Shown here: positions 12,630 through 25,379 of the stretch, piece after piece
How the letters are laid out: each line of letters opens with the position of its first letter
Position numbering within the stretch: position 1 is the stretch's first letter
Origin: Psammoneis japonica
Lineage: Eukaryota
Direction: 5' to 3'
Assembly (NCBI GenBank): GCA_008632985.1
Contig: QPGO01000100.1
Span: forward strand, 238,388-302,387
DNA length: 64,000 nt
Notes under the pieces: generated by a model
What the model saw: only the letters and a program-made list of their open reading frames with translations
The model's database searches: none
Told to the model about the DNA's origin: nothing
Made by a program: the position numbers and the translations under genes

Positions 12630-15600
12630 TCACGCCTTGGGGTCCGTGCTCACAAATTTGGCTTGAACTTTCTTGAACGATCGGCCCTTGGTGTCGAGAA
12701 CAAGATTGAGCACTTCTGCTTGTTCAGACACGGCGATTCGTTCCTTCTTGATTCGTCGCTGACAAATGCGTGAGTTGGAATTTCAATTGTGGTGTTTGTT
12801 GAAAAGTAGAATCGCTGAGTGCCTTGACGATAAAGCACCCTGACAAGAATCACCGAATCAAACCCGGCTGCCTTGGCTTGCGAAATTCTCTTAAAATCGC
12901 CAATGACTCGTTTCTTTCGATACAATCCCGGCGATGACGATACTGGCATATTCTTTGCAACGGCACGACCCTTTTTGTGGTTGAGGCTCACGTCCACCAA
13001 CAGTGGGTCCGACACGTACATGTATTTGGACTTGTCCTTGAAGGCCTTTCCGGTGCTGATTGAAGCTTGGGTTGCTCATTGTAGTTGGAATCGCCGTATC
13101 GCTGGTAATCATTCCCCTTGCAAAAGTTTACCAGATAGTCCTGCTCGAAATCGAATGGCTTGCAATACGAAGGGAATGTCTTCGTCAAGGCCAAATACGT
13201 ACAACACGTGTAACGAGTGTTCACCGCTCCAACGTCGTTGGTCAAGACGCTCATGTAGGATTTCTCACCCACGTAAAATCTGTTGTTTCGGCAACCGGGG
13301 ACACAAGACACTTGGTTGTATCCTGTCGGTGTACGTCCAATAAGGTCAGACCACTTGGAGCAGTCACTGGTTGCCGCGCAGTTGGGTTCTAGGTCTGTTC
13401 CAGGTCCGTACGAGTACTCATCCCCTAACTCAAACAACGAATGCCCCAGCTCATGAACCATGACTTCGGGCCCACGCGGATGAGTCGAAACGGTTGCGAT
13501 ATTTTCCAGAGTATACCCGGCTCCGCCGTATCTTGAATCATTATGAATGACAAGAGTTTGCACATTGGCTCCATCGGGCATGCACTTGCTCGACAGCTTC
13601 TGGGTTGTTGCAATGCTGCAACAGAGCAATCGTTCGATTCCGGCACAATTGTTGGCACAAAAGGAAGAGAAAAGCTGCGGTGGGTCTACTCGAAACACGT
13701 TGAGCTCCTTGTTTTCTTGCGAAAACATTTTGTAGCCCTTCATAAAGTCATACGTCTCCGTGACTCGCAATTTCCAGTCCTCATAGTCATCAAATGCCGA
13801 ACCAACAAATACCAGATTGATTCTGTTTTTGTCGAAACGAGTTCCAAACTCGTGCTTGATTGGATAACACTCGGCAGTGGCCATACATACGCCGTTTCTA
13901 CATATGGATGACTTGCAGTCATCCTCGGACATGCAAACCTCACCGGTGCTACGCGGGGGCGGACTCAATTCCTCCTCTGTTGGTGCGGAGTAAGAGCTGC
14001 AATTGTTGGTGGTTGTGTTGTTGGAGGCTTGGTTATTTTGTTGGCGGAAGCATCCAAAAACCGGTACTGAGGACAAGTCACTCTTGTTGCACAGGCAAAC
14101 TTTTTACACTTTTGCTGGTTTGCTTTTGTCACCTGTTCGAAGCATCCATTACGAAAGCATTTCCCGCATATTGCAGGTGGACTGGTAGGAGTTAGCGTCG
14201 ACTCATCACCTAACGAGTTGGCACTTGACTTTGAAGATGGTGCTAATGTTGGAAACATTGTCGGTCTGTTCGTAGGAGATTTTGTTGGCGTCTGCGTTGG
14301 TGAAGTTGTCGGAGCAGGGGTCAGTTTGACACTAGACCTTAGAGTTGGGGCTCCTGTCGGTGTGGGAGTTGGCTGCTTTGTTGGAAACTCTGTCGACGAT
14401 TCTGCTGCCATCTGCGTTGGGCCTGGCGTCTGTTGGACGCTCGGCCTTAGAGATGGGGCTGATGTCGGAATGGGCGTTGGCGGTGTTGTTGGAAGCTCTG
14501 AAGGACTCTCGGTTGGACTTTTGGTGGGGTTTGCTGTAGGCATCTGCGTTGGTGAAGTCGTAGGGGTAGCGTCGGACTAGATGTTGGAGTCGCCGTTGGT
14601 GTTCGTGTCGGACTAGGTGATGGAGGCGGTGTCGGTTTGGCTGTCGGTAGAGGCGTAGGAGACGGTGTCGGCTCAGGTGTAGGGTTTGGAGTTGGAGCTA
14701 GTGTAGGCGACAGCGTCGGACTCGGTGTAGGCGAATTTGTAGGGCTTGGAGTTGGGGCAGGTGTAGGCGACGATGTAGGCGACCGAGAAGGAGACGATGT
14801 CGGTTTGGCTGTCGGCGGAGGTGTAGGATTCAAGGTGGGTGATAATGTCGGTTTGGCTGTCGGCGGAGGCGTGGGAGCAGGTGTTGGTGGTGGCCGTGGA
14901 GGATCTCCGAGTGTGCAAGTGCAGAGAAGGCTTTGCGCTGATGTTCCACATGATGACGCCCGAGGACTCATGCAAGTTGCATCGATGCTTTCCGAGGCTT
15001 CAATACAAGTTCCTCCACGCTCCTCACAAAAGTCATTACAATTCTTTCCGTCCAACTGGGCGACTACAGTGCACTGGGAAGTGCCCTCCCCGCAAATTAG
15101 ATTCGCACTGCTGTACTGGTTTGAGCAAGGCGTATTGCGTGGAGCAAGAGCGGCTTCTTTACTCCCCAGAGAACACGTGCAGATGTTGTCGTAAAATCCT
15201 GCTGCACATGAATTTGCCCCCCAAGTCTCACACGTGGCAATAGCATCTTTGTTTGATTTAGCAGAGTAGCATATTCCACCGCGATCGCCACAATATTCGT
15301 CACAACTTTTCCCGTCCATGACAACAAAAATGTGCAAGATTCACCGGCCTCTTCGTTGCAGACAAGGAAATCTTTGTCTTTGCCATATTTTTCGGCGCAT
15401 GATTCTTCCGTCATTGGCGAGGGGGGAGGCGGTGTCGGCGGTGTTTCGAGAGAACAAGTGCAGATATTGTCGTACAACACGTCGTCACATGAATTTGTCT
15501 CTTGCGTTTCGCAAGTTTTCAAGTCGTCCTTGTTCCTTGCGGCTGATAAGCAAGTCCCTCCTTGTCGGGCACAGTAATCTCTGCAGCTTGCTCTGTCCAT

Positions 15601-16306
15601 GACGACAAAGAAGGTGCATCTATCATCCTTTTCATCGCACACGAGTATTTCTTTCTCGTTTGCATATGTCGCTTCACAGGTGCTCGACGCAGGTGATGGC
15701 AGACGAGGCGCGGCATTGGCAGGCGTCGGTGCAACCAACGTAGGTGGAATAAATCGAGAGTCGAGAGAACACTTGCAGATGTTGTCCGTAAATGGGTCAT
15801 TGCAGGAATTGGCACCATCGCTCATGCAAGTGTCGCCGACATTGCTTTCGGCATAGGAACATGTGCCGCCGTTTCGCTTGCAAAAGCTACTGCAGCTATC
15901 TCCTCCAAGCCTCTTCATAAATAAGCAGTGATCTGACGTCTCTCGACACAAGAGAATGTCGTCCCCGTATTGTTTCTTACATCCCGAAGGAGGAGGCTGC
16001 GGTTTTGATACCTTTTCCTTTCCTTTTGAGCAGGTACAGAGATTATCCCAGAGCCCAACATGACAGTAATTCATTCCTTCCTCTCTACAAGTATCGCCCT
16101 CGTTTGCGGCGGAAGATAAGCATGTTCCACCGTATTGACCACAAAAATCATCACAGCTGTCTCCCTTAGCGTGACAAGGAATGTACAATCGGAAGACCCC
16201 TCTTGGCATAACGTCTTGTCCTTCCCATATTGTTTTTCGCATTCTTTTGTTAGTGCAAAAGGAAACAAGGCCAACAGCACACGATAGCTGGTCTGGGGTA
16301 ACTCAT
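12630..16306 (-). CDS. Large secreted M64 (IgA-peptidase-type) metallopeptidase with five Cys-rich repeats and a PTxxP linker; several frameshifts
   Basis: [10 protein letters not shown]...YGGAGY...[14 protein letters not shown] in 12988-14076; Pro/Thr stalk about 14200-14900; repeated C..YG..C.E..C...C..FC...GG.C...DNICTCS units in 14900-16250; hydrophobic leader near 16280. Confidence 0.75.
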
Positions 16307-16945
16307 TCTTGCTGTCTGTATCAAACCGTTCCTTGAGGTGATATCAAGGACAACGGCTTTAAAGGCAACGCTATTCCAGTTCGAGAACGAAGAGGAGGCA
16401 TCAAACTACTAACTGTGTGGAGACGTGTGGAGGTGGCGACTAACTATTTTTTCATCTCCCGGTTTTGTGGTCACTGGTAAGACATAAGCCCTGGTTTTCC
16501 CATTATTATTTACGACTTACTCTACTATTCTCAAACTCGGTACTCTAAGTGTTTGGGGATCCAGGGTCATCGATAGACATTAACTGGCCTAATTGACGAG
16601 GAAGACATATGTCCAGTGCCATTTGTCTTTAGAACGTGGAACACCACCCTTTGCCAATTTTTGGAAATCTTGCGCGGCATCAAGTTTTCGCAATGGGAGG
16701 GAAGACGGAATGACGGCTTCAGACTTGCGTGCAGAGAGGTTTGGGGTTGGGCGGCAAAATGAGAACCCCAATGTTCTGAACGATGAGAACCCTGAGTAAC
16801 AAACGCAACCAAAAGGGCCATTCTTGTGACGGCGAGCAATCTTCCAAAGCAAACACGCCTCCTTAGTCCGTGTTACTGGAGGCATTATTTGGTTTCCGAC
16901 AAAAGATCGTTCACATCACAAAAGAACAACACATCATTCGTCGCG

Positions 16946-18616
16946 ATGAAGAATCTCAAGGTACTTATTATTTCCATTGCGTTCTATCGGTGCAATCCCA
17001 TGGTCAGACGTGTCCAGATCCAATCTGCTCGGCTCCGGCCGCCCCGCCCATTCCTACCGTGACAGATCGCGCCTCGTTGAACGCTGCCATGTTGACTCTC
17101 AGCCAAGGGGACAATGGTGAATACATCAACTGCCTGGACACGTCCGCCGTGACCGACATGAGCTTTCTGTTTTTAATGAGCTTCGTTTCAACGAGCCGGT
17201 TGGATGCTGGGATACCTCAGCCGTCACGAAAATGAGTAGTATGTTCGCCAATGCCCAGACGTTTAATCAACCCATTGGCAATTGGAACACGTCGGCCGTA
17301 ACAGATATGCGAGGCATGTTTAGTGGTGCACGTGATTTCAATCAAGATGTTGCAAACTGGGATACTTCTCGGGTGACAGTCATGACAAATATGTTTACGA
17401 GTGCGACACTGTTTAATCAAGACATTGGCGATTGGAACACCTCTCAAGTAGCAGACATGGGAGTTATGTTTTTCAAAGCTGCTGCCTTCAATCAAGATAT
17501 TGGCGGATGGATCACTTCGAGTGTCACAGACATGAATCGAATGTTCTTTGAAGCTACGGCCTTTAATCAAGACATTGGTGGCTGGAATACGTCTCGAGTG
17601 GATGACATGAACCTATGTTTAATGATGCCGCTTCGTTCGATCAAGACATTGGTGTTTGGGACGTGTCTCGAGTAGAGGACATGAACGACATGTTTCACGG
17701 CGCGACCGCCTTCAATCAAGATATTGGCGGTTGGGATACGTCTCAAGTATTGAGGCTAGCCCGAGTGTTTGCTGATGCTGTTGCATTTGATCAAGACATT
17801 AGCAACTGGAACACGTCTAGAGCGAATGATATGAGGAGCATGTTTTCCAATGCAGCTTCTTTTAATCAAGATATTAGCGGCTGGGACGTGTCTCAAGTTA
17901 ACTTTATGCGTTCCATGTTCAGAAACGCCGCTTCGTTTGACCAGAATCTCTGTCTTTGGGGAGAAAAAACCGTAATCACCAGGCCAAGCAATGTTGGGAG
18001 CATGTTCTCCGGTGCTACTTCTTGTGAATCACAGGACGATCCAGACCTTACCGTAACTCCGAAGAGCCCCTACTGTGCCGTATGCACTTTAGTTGAAATG
18101 CCGTCGGCTGCACCGAGCGCGACTTCTGTCAGTATGCCGACTGCAACTCCGGGCATCGGAATGCCCAGTTCCGCACCGAGTCTCGAGGGGCCTGTTCCTC
18201 CGAGTGTGGCTCCGACGATTAGTGGCACAATGATTGATGGCACTCCTTCTGCAGCTCCTAGTGCCGGTGGGGTCGCGGTCGACAGTCCCTCTGCTGCTCC
18301 TAGTACTGGTGGGTTCGCGATCGACAGTCCCTCTGCAGCTCCTAGTGCTAGCGAGGTCGCGGTCGACAGTCCCTCTGCAGCTCCCAGTGTCATGCTCAGC
18401 TCCCCTGAGTCTGAACTTCCCACCGCCGCACCTAGTAACACGGCTTCGATTGACGACACTTCGACAGCTCCCAGTAGCACAGCTCCGGCTGTCGATGATT
18501 CTGATGCTCCAACTTTAATGCCCACCACTTCCGCGGCTCCAATGTTGACCGACTCTTTGTTCCGTTGGTGCTCTGCGTTTGTTCTCTTCATGGTCGTACG
18601 TAACGTACATGTCTGA
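16946..18616 (+). CDS. DUF285/BspA-type 25-26 aa repeat surface protein with signal peptide, PSAAPS stalk and GPI-like tail; frameshifted
   Basis: About 10 repeats of FNQDIGxWxTSxVxDMxxMF; N-terminus [11 protein letters not shown]; hydrophobic C-terminus [14 protein letters not shown]; frameshifts near 16980, 17170-17230 and 17612. Confidence 0.85.
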
Positions 18617-18959
18617 CTCTACAGTAGTTCTAGCTACTAGCTAGTGCTGACTAACTAGCTTTACGTAGCGTAGTTGGTTCTCGCGGAAGGTACGTACAGT
18701 GCTAGAGTAGAGTGTTGGGGAGTCAGGGTCATCAAAAAACATTAAGGTCTTACGTCGTAATTGAAAAGTATGTAAGACTTACAGCTTGTCTCGTTTCATG
18801 GAGCGTGGAACACCCTTGCCCGCCAAGCAATGTTTGCGTTTTTGGAGATCTTGGACGCCATCACATTTTGCAAAGGGAGGGAGACGGAATGACGACCGCT
18901 GAGTGGCGATCTTATCTATCTATCTATCGGCACGCAGCACGCACGTCGTCGCAGTTAGC

Positions 18960-19847
18960 AAGATGATAGCGATACTTCTGTGCCGTACCCCGGTATCGGT
19001 ATGCTCTGCGACATCGCTTTTCTCGTCAACGGTTCACAGACTTCTCTCGATGCCAGGGACTCATCGTGTGGCGATTTGTTTGGAAGAATTTGAAGGAGCC
19101 GTCGAGGTCTATCAACCTCTCCTGGTGGATTGCCCGCCCTTGAACAAGCGGGTTGTTGTGGAATTTGCCTTTCGAACTCCCAATCGAGGTGATGAAGAAG
19201 GTCGGACTTGAGTTGTTGTTTCCCGAGCGGTGTCTAGTACAAAAGGTGGGGCCACAGGTGTTGCCATGGAACGTCATGGTATCTTTTGGGAAGGCGACTG
19301 CAGCGTGGATTGGTTCTGGTCCGACTCGACTGACGATATTCGAATCCTGCGATAATCAACAATGTAGGATGCGCACCCTTGTACGAATCTCCTGATAAGC
19401 TATGTATCGGTAAAACGCACAGCAACAACAGAGGATCAATCTACAAGGATGTCTTGGGTGTTTGGAATGCCGGTGGTTGTCAAGGCCAGCTCTTGTTTGA
19501 AGCATCACTGCGTAATTCACCCTTTGGAATTATGGTCCCGGTGAATGCGTACAGCCATTGAAGCAAGTGTGTGTGGGGACTGTGATTGGCAATGTGACAA
19601 ATAACGTCCCCACCTCGTCAGTGCGCCAACAAGTTCCTTGTCAACGGCGAGCCCAACCACCAACGTGGCGCTTTCCGCTGCGCCGTCTCTTGCGCTTCGT
19701 CCAAGTGATGCACCATCTATTCCCACCTTTCCGACAAGTTTTCCCGCCACGCCGAGTGGTGCAACTAGGTATGGTGGCGTTTGGGTATTTTATTCACCAG
19801 CCGCATTTGTATGGCTCTTTTTTGCCGCTTGGATCGCTCTTTGGTAG
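18960..19847 (+). pseudogene. Fragmented putative surface-anchored protein
   Basis: Ends in an SPT/APS stalk plus hydrophobic tail (GGVWVFYSPAAFVWLFFAAWIALW); upstream frames are broken. Confidence 0.4.
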
Positions 19848-20448
19848 CCGCTTGGAGATGCGTTGCGGGTATAAAGCGTAGTAGCGCTCGCGTAAGAGCA
19901 GTGCTCTCCAGAAGCACCCGCTCGGACTACTGTAGAGGGGGGATACAAGCAGAAACAAAATCAAAGCAAAGCCACTGCGACGTCCTTGAATTGACCCCAC
20001 CTGGCTGACCCAATCGTCTCCTCAAGACGAGGCTTGCAGATTGGATAACGAGAATGCTAACCGAACTTGAAGCTGCGGTTGGAAACCGTGACTTGACTGC
20101 TTGAAGCCTGGTGCGATTCGATCGTGACACCTGCGGATTAATTTCACAGTCTGAAGCTTTTGTGAATTTGAACTTACGATCTACACAGACCTGACAAAGT
20201 CGACGTGATTAGAATACGTTAGATAATGTGGGCCATTTCCTTAGATTCTGTTCAACGTTGCTTTGTTCTCTTCTACTGACAATTTCAGTAGCTTAAGGTG
20301 TTCTTTTGCAATACAGGGGAAGAGCGTGCAGTCCTCATCAGACTCCAAAAGCAAACTGCGAAGAGAAGCCGTACCGAAACCTCCATCTCTTTTCGTCGGC
20401 TAAAGGCTCTATGTCGATTCTCATTGCATATAGAACTGAAGCAACCAA

Positions 20449-22317
20449 TTACATTTCTCCCGAGATTGCCAACCAAACTCCAATTGCACCCAATATGAAG
20501 CCTCCAACCATAAGCAGGAACACGATGTTTAACTCGACAAGTTGAGACGCAGTTGGTGGCGAATCGCGGCCGTAGACAGCTGCCCGATACATGAACGCGG
20601 GGAAAACAAACACGACAAACGGAACAAGTGTTCCACCTCCAACGGCATTCACCATGCCCAAGTCTGTAAAAAGCATGGCCAACGCCGTCAAGATTGAAAG
20701 AAGAAACACAGAGACAATGTTGATATTTGTCGACGTTTGCTTTGCCATGGGTACGTCCAACACATCGAGAATGCCGTCACGGAACCCCATGAAGGTCAGC
20801 GGGTACGTAAATATCAATGAAAACGCGACGGCCACACGGCAAAAGGTGGCGAGATGGTCATGCGTGGAGTAGTTGTTGAGAATGTAGCCGTCGCAGTGCG
20901 ACCCAAACGTCAAAAACCCAAATCCAGCAATCAGGATGAAATTGAGTGAGGATAGGCCAAAGGCGTAACTCACAACCGCACCAAATCGCGCAATGGTGGC
21001 ATTCTTTAGCCTGAAACAAACGCGAGATCCAGAAGGATGAGACAGGCTGTAGAGGGCATGCGTAGACGTTCGTCCCGTAAGACTTACTCGGTATAAAACC
21101 TTGGGGCATTGTAATGAGCTACAAATGCCTCAAATACCATGCACAAAAACACAAGGACTCGTGCACTCAAGGCACCGCTCGCACCGGTATCACCAAACCT
21201 CGGTTTCATTTCATCATGAAGACCCTGTAGTTTGAATGCGATTTGCAACAGATACAGAATAGTAAAGAAGATTCCATGATGACCGTTCAGGCACCAACTG
21301 TAGTCTCTTACCTGCACGAACTTTCCATTTGTTGCTGCATCATAAGTGCCGTCAAAGTAACGAACGCCCATGGCAGCTGCTGTCAAAAACATGCTTACCA
21401 TTCCTGCTAGACTGAATGGTGATAGCACCTTGAGGTTCTTTAGTAGACAAAGAGGCAAAAGCGCCACAACCGTGATGAAGAACAGCGACTGGGCTCGAGT
21501 CACATGAACAAGCCCAATGGTGTGAAAAAGCGATTTGAAGGTATCTGCGAGAATCATGCTCTGTGATAAAAGGCAAGCCACAGGGTTGAGTGAAAAATAT
21601 TCGCCGCTTTCAAACCGATAGAACCATTTTCAAGTTACTTGCATATGCTAGATTACCCAAGGCTGGCTTGAGCATGTTGACTGTTGCAACAACCGTTGCC
21701 CCCGTTTCGCCCATTGTCTCTTCCCAGACTTCGCGGTATGTGGCTGTGTGAGTTATTCTGCATGTTTTTCCCTAAGCAAAAAGAGCCACGTTGGTAAATC
21801 ATGGAAAAGAAACAATAGCTGCATGGATGAACAACATACCAAAATCAGAAAGAAATATGCAAAAATTGCTCCCATCAAGATAATGTAAATTGACGCCGGA
21901 ATGATTGCCGATGGTGCGTCGGCAAACGCAGCCCTGTCAGAAAGAGTGTACCGTAAAACACAAGTCAGAAGAATTATTCAAACTCTCTTACAAAACCTTT
22001 TCAACACTCGATCATCGGTCTTAACACGTACACTCCGCTGGGGAGAGCTAATACCCCGGATCCTACTAGATTCTTCACAAGGTTGAAGATTTGCTCACCG
22101 ACTGAAGCCGTACCTCCAAAGTCACGGACACTGCAACTTCTTCCCGAGAAGTAAGTGACTGATTGACCAGATTACGGATAGATTCTCCAAGACGCGAAGA
22201 TCCCCGTCTTCGACGCTGCCCTCTCGAGCTTGTCGATTGTTGGTATGTATTGTAGTAATGCAAAGGAGGACGACCCGTGTCGGGGTCATTCACAAGAGGC
22301 TTCGCTTCGGCTGACAT
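20449..22317 (-). CDS. Amino acid transporter (Aa_trans / SLC38-like), multi-intron
   Basis: LLPLCLLKNLKVLSPFS, FVAHYNAPRFYTEL, GFLTFG...ILNNY and FTYPL motifs with many TM segments; start MSAEAKPL at 22317. Confidence 0.88.
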
Positions 22318-22790
22318 GATTTTCAAAAAGTCTCTACATCTAACAACAAACACTTGCGGCGGGGAAAGATTTTTCACCATGATCCAAGCTGGATGCGATG
22401 TCGTCGGCTTCGCACTTGGATGCATGCATTCGCGCGAGACGACTGTGCGTAGACTAGGGCCCTACATACGTAAAGTACCGTACGTTGTGGGCAAACAGGC
22501 AGACGTCGGATGGAGTTTCCGCAATTTCAAAATTCGAATACATCTATTCATAGGTAGACATTCATGAATCTAAGCAACGGAACATCCCAAGCCTCTCGCG
22601 CTGTCTTCGCGCGAACTTCGAACGGGTTCACTCAGTCATCGCGAAATTTGCGCAGGCAGCAAAGGACCAAGCTTCTTCGAACGACAATAGAGACTACCGT
22701 TGAATCAAAAAGGAATGCTTGTTCTTCTCACAAAAAAATCTTTCCCTGATCTAAAACCATTCAATCAAGACCTACTTTACCAAAATAACA

Positions 22791-23186
22791 ATGTCGTTCA
22801 CAGCCCTCCAAGGAGCAACTCTCATTGCCGCCCATGCCACCATGACACGGGTCTTGCTCAGTTTCACACTCCGCACCTATCAGTTTTTGGAATGGGATCC
22901 AAAACGCAAAAGTCGCATCAGTTCCAATTATAATATTCAGCAGTATGAAAAGGCGGTCAACAACGAATCCGAATACGCAGGACTTTTGACGGCGATTCTC
23001 CTCTTTCTTTCTCTTCAAGACAATCAAGCCTCAAAAGGAGCCACCCTTGCGGTTGTGGGCCAGGTTGGATATGTATGGAGTCGCACGGCGTTTGGATATC
23101 CCACTTGGCCAACCATTGCCTTGGCGATAACCCGCTATGGTGGCCTTGCGCTTCTAGTCAGTGACCTTTGGAGGACCGCGTTCTAG
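22791..23186 (+). CDS. Small membrane protein, MAPEG-like
   Basis: 131 aa with 3-4 hydrophobic segments; KAVNNESEY resembles the MAPEG RAxxNxxE motif. Confidence 0.55.
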   Translation: MSFTALQGATLIAAHATMTRVLLSFTLRTYQFLEWDPKRKSRISSNYNIQQYEKAVNNESEYAGLLTAILLFLSLQDNQASKGATLAVVGQVGYVWSRTAFGYPTWPTIALAITRYGGLALLVSDLWRTAF

Positions 23187-23451
23187 ACGAGGAGTACTTA
23201 CTGCATTTTAAGATCAAGCTAGAATAACCAATCAAGTACTGTAGACCGCCTTATACTTGATTGATTCCTCTTCTTCTACCATTTTGTGGTTCAACGTCAT
23301 ATATTATGTAGCGCTATAGAGTTGAACCACAATTCCAAAACAGTATTGTCATCGTTCTTTGCTTCGTTTTGCTCTCCCCCCTTCTTCAAATTCTTCATAA
23401 AATGTCCTCAGACATCTTGGACTTGGATGGGGTGGCAAGCACTGCAAAGAA

Positions 23452-25083
23452 TTAATAACAGCAACCGTCGTCGATAGCTTCTCGCATGTTGCGAGGATGG
23501 AACCAAACATTTAATCCGTACTTTTTTCCACGTGTAACTGTCATTGCTTCATGAAATGCCAAGTCATGTGGTTTCTCAAAGTCGTTGTCCAGCACGTTTT
23601 GCCACAAGACGGCTCGTCCCTTTTTCGGTGAAACGCGTTTTTCAATCTCTGTAAAATGAAGGTCGCCACCTTCTTCGACATCACTCAGAAATACGTAAAG
23701 AGTTAATATTCGATTTCCACATCGTTCTAGTCCTTGTGTCGAAATGAGGTCGTGGTGCTCTTCGTAGTGTCCGCCCTCATTGTACATTAAAATCTCCATG
23801 AATTCCGTGTTTTCAAGCTTCATCTCCGTCGTATTCAGCATTCGATCCATAACTTTCTCACCGACAGACTCGTCTTCACATCCATCCTCACACCAAGCAT
23901 GTAAACTGGTTCGTCCTTGCCCAACATTGTTGCCAAAGGCTCCATCAATGTCGACTTCCTCGGTGATTTCAGCTGTTTGTTCAAAGCCAATCTCGGCTCC
24001 CTTTTGAATCAACCAATCACACTCGTCGCTGGACAAGTAGTCATCAAATACGAGGATCCACGGTAGAGGAGACTCACCAGCTTGTATCGCTTCACCTGTC
24101 GGTCGTGATAACACAGTAGCCTTTGGCGCATGGCTTGATGACACGAGGCGCTCAAACACGGCATGCAATTGCCCGGTTGGCAACATGTCCATGTCCTCGG
24201 GTCGCCGGGCACATTTGCGATAATGCGCAATTGCACTACAAGCTTGACAAGCCGGCGCACAATGTTGAAACATTCGTATCGCATCATTGGTTCCGTGGCA
24301 TTCTCCCATGGCGGCATAGGTGCTGCAATACTCGTCCAAGTTTCGACAATCTCTTCGTACCTCTTGATACTCTTCTTCTTGATACACTTCATTCACCATA
24401 TAATCGCGCGTCTTTTGAATTACTTTTTCAATTTCTTCTCGTATCTTTGCATCCTTATGGTAGGTTTGCTGCTTGACTCCCATGTCAATGGTGACGGCTT
24501 GTGTCGAGTCACCAAAACACACCAGACAGGACCTTGGGCAATTTTGCAACATGTACTCGGAATCCTCCACACACTTCCCTACTTGTGCCTTTTGCTCACA
24601 GTCCTCATCCTTATCTTCACACTTGCCATTTTCTTTGTCTCCTGTATGCAAAAAGTAGGCAAATCCTCGAATCGCATCTTGATAAATCTGCTTGTCTGAC
24701 ATTGTCTCGACCGAAACGCCACCACCATGATGTACACAGGATACCGGACAGTGGGAGAGCATAAATTCAGGGTTTCGTTCACATTCTCCGTTACGAGCCC
24801 AATCTTGACAATGTTCTCGTTTATCCATTCCATATTTCTTGCGATATTTTTGGGTTGAAGAATCATTAATGCGGTTGAGTAGTACCCACAAAAAGGACGC
24901 TAGACAAAAGACAAAACAGAAGAGGTATAGAAAAAGACAGAACGTGTTGTTACTAGCACTGCTCTTGGACGATGAGCGCTGCTTGTTTTTCCTGAAGTGA
25001 TGTGCTGCTGGATAATATGAAGCAGGCTGAGCCGTATGAAGGGGAAGACCATGATTGGAACTACTTCCTCGATGGCGCAACAT
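23452..25083 (-). CDS. P4H: Prolyl 4-hydroxylase with ShKT domains, type II membrane anchor
   Basis: ShKT units (CQDWARNGEC..NPEFMLSHCPVSC); 2OG-Fe(II) motifs HHD, RILTLYVFLSDVEEGG, PKKGRAVLW, HEA..V..G.K; real start MLRHR at 25083. Confidence 0.92.
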   Translation of the reverse strand: MLRHRGSSSNHGLPLHTAQPASYYPAAHHFRKNKQRSSSKSSASNNTFCLFLYLFCFVFCLASFLWVLLNRINDSSTQKYRKKYGMDKREHCQDWARNGECERNPEFMLSHCPVSCVHHGGGVSVETMSDKQIYQDAIRGFAYFLHTGDKENGKCEDKDEDCEQKAQVGKCVEDSEYMLQNCPRSCLVCFGDSTQAVTIDMGVKQQTYHKDAKIREEIEKVIQKTRDYMVNEVYQEEEYQEVRRDCRNLDEYCSTYAAMGECHGTNDAIRMFQHCAPACQACSAIAHYRKCARRPEDMDMLPTGQLHAVFERLVSSSHAPKATVLSRPTGEAIQAGESPLPWILVFDDYLSSDECDWLIQKGAEIGFEQTAEITEEVDIDGAFGNNVGQGRTSLHAWCEDGCEDESVGEKVMDRMLNTTEMKLENTEFMEILMYNEGGHYEEHHDLISTQGLERCGNRILTLYVFLSDVEEGGDLHFTEIEKRVSPKKGRAVLWQNVLDNDFEKPHDLAFHEAMTVTRGKKYGLNVWFHPRNMREAIDDGCCY

Positions 25084-25379
25084 GGTCAAGTTGTGCGTTG
25101 ACGTTGAATGATGGTTGAATGATGGTTGAATGAAATTTTTGAGGACAAATTTTTGAGAAGCAATGCGTTGCGATGGAGCAATGCATGCGCGATCTCTGTC
25201 CGAAGCGAGGGGGGGGAGAGACGTCCGGTTCAATTTTGAATTTTCAAACGGCTGTGGTGACCCAACGGTCAAATGACGGGTCATTTGCCTCGTCGCACTT
25301 TGTACAGCACACGAGGTTGCCATGCTCAAAGACAACTCCATTGGAACACCATGTTGTTGCTGTGCTGAAAAACTCTGAG

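Noticed and set aside
16946..18616. Bacterial contamination suggested by DUF285 and M64 domains
   Set aside because: Embedded among intron-containing eukaryotic genes and carrying eukaryote-style stalks and anchor signals.
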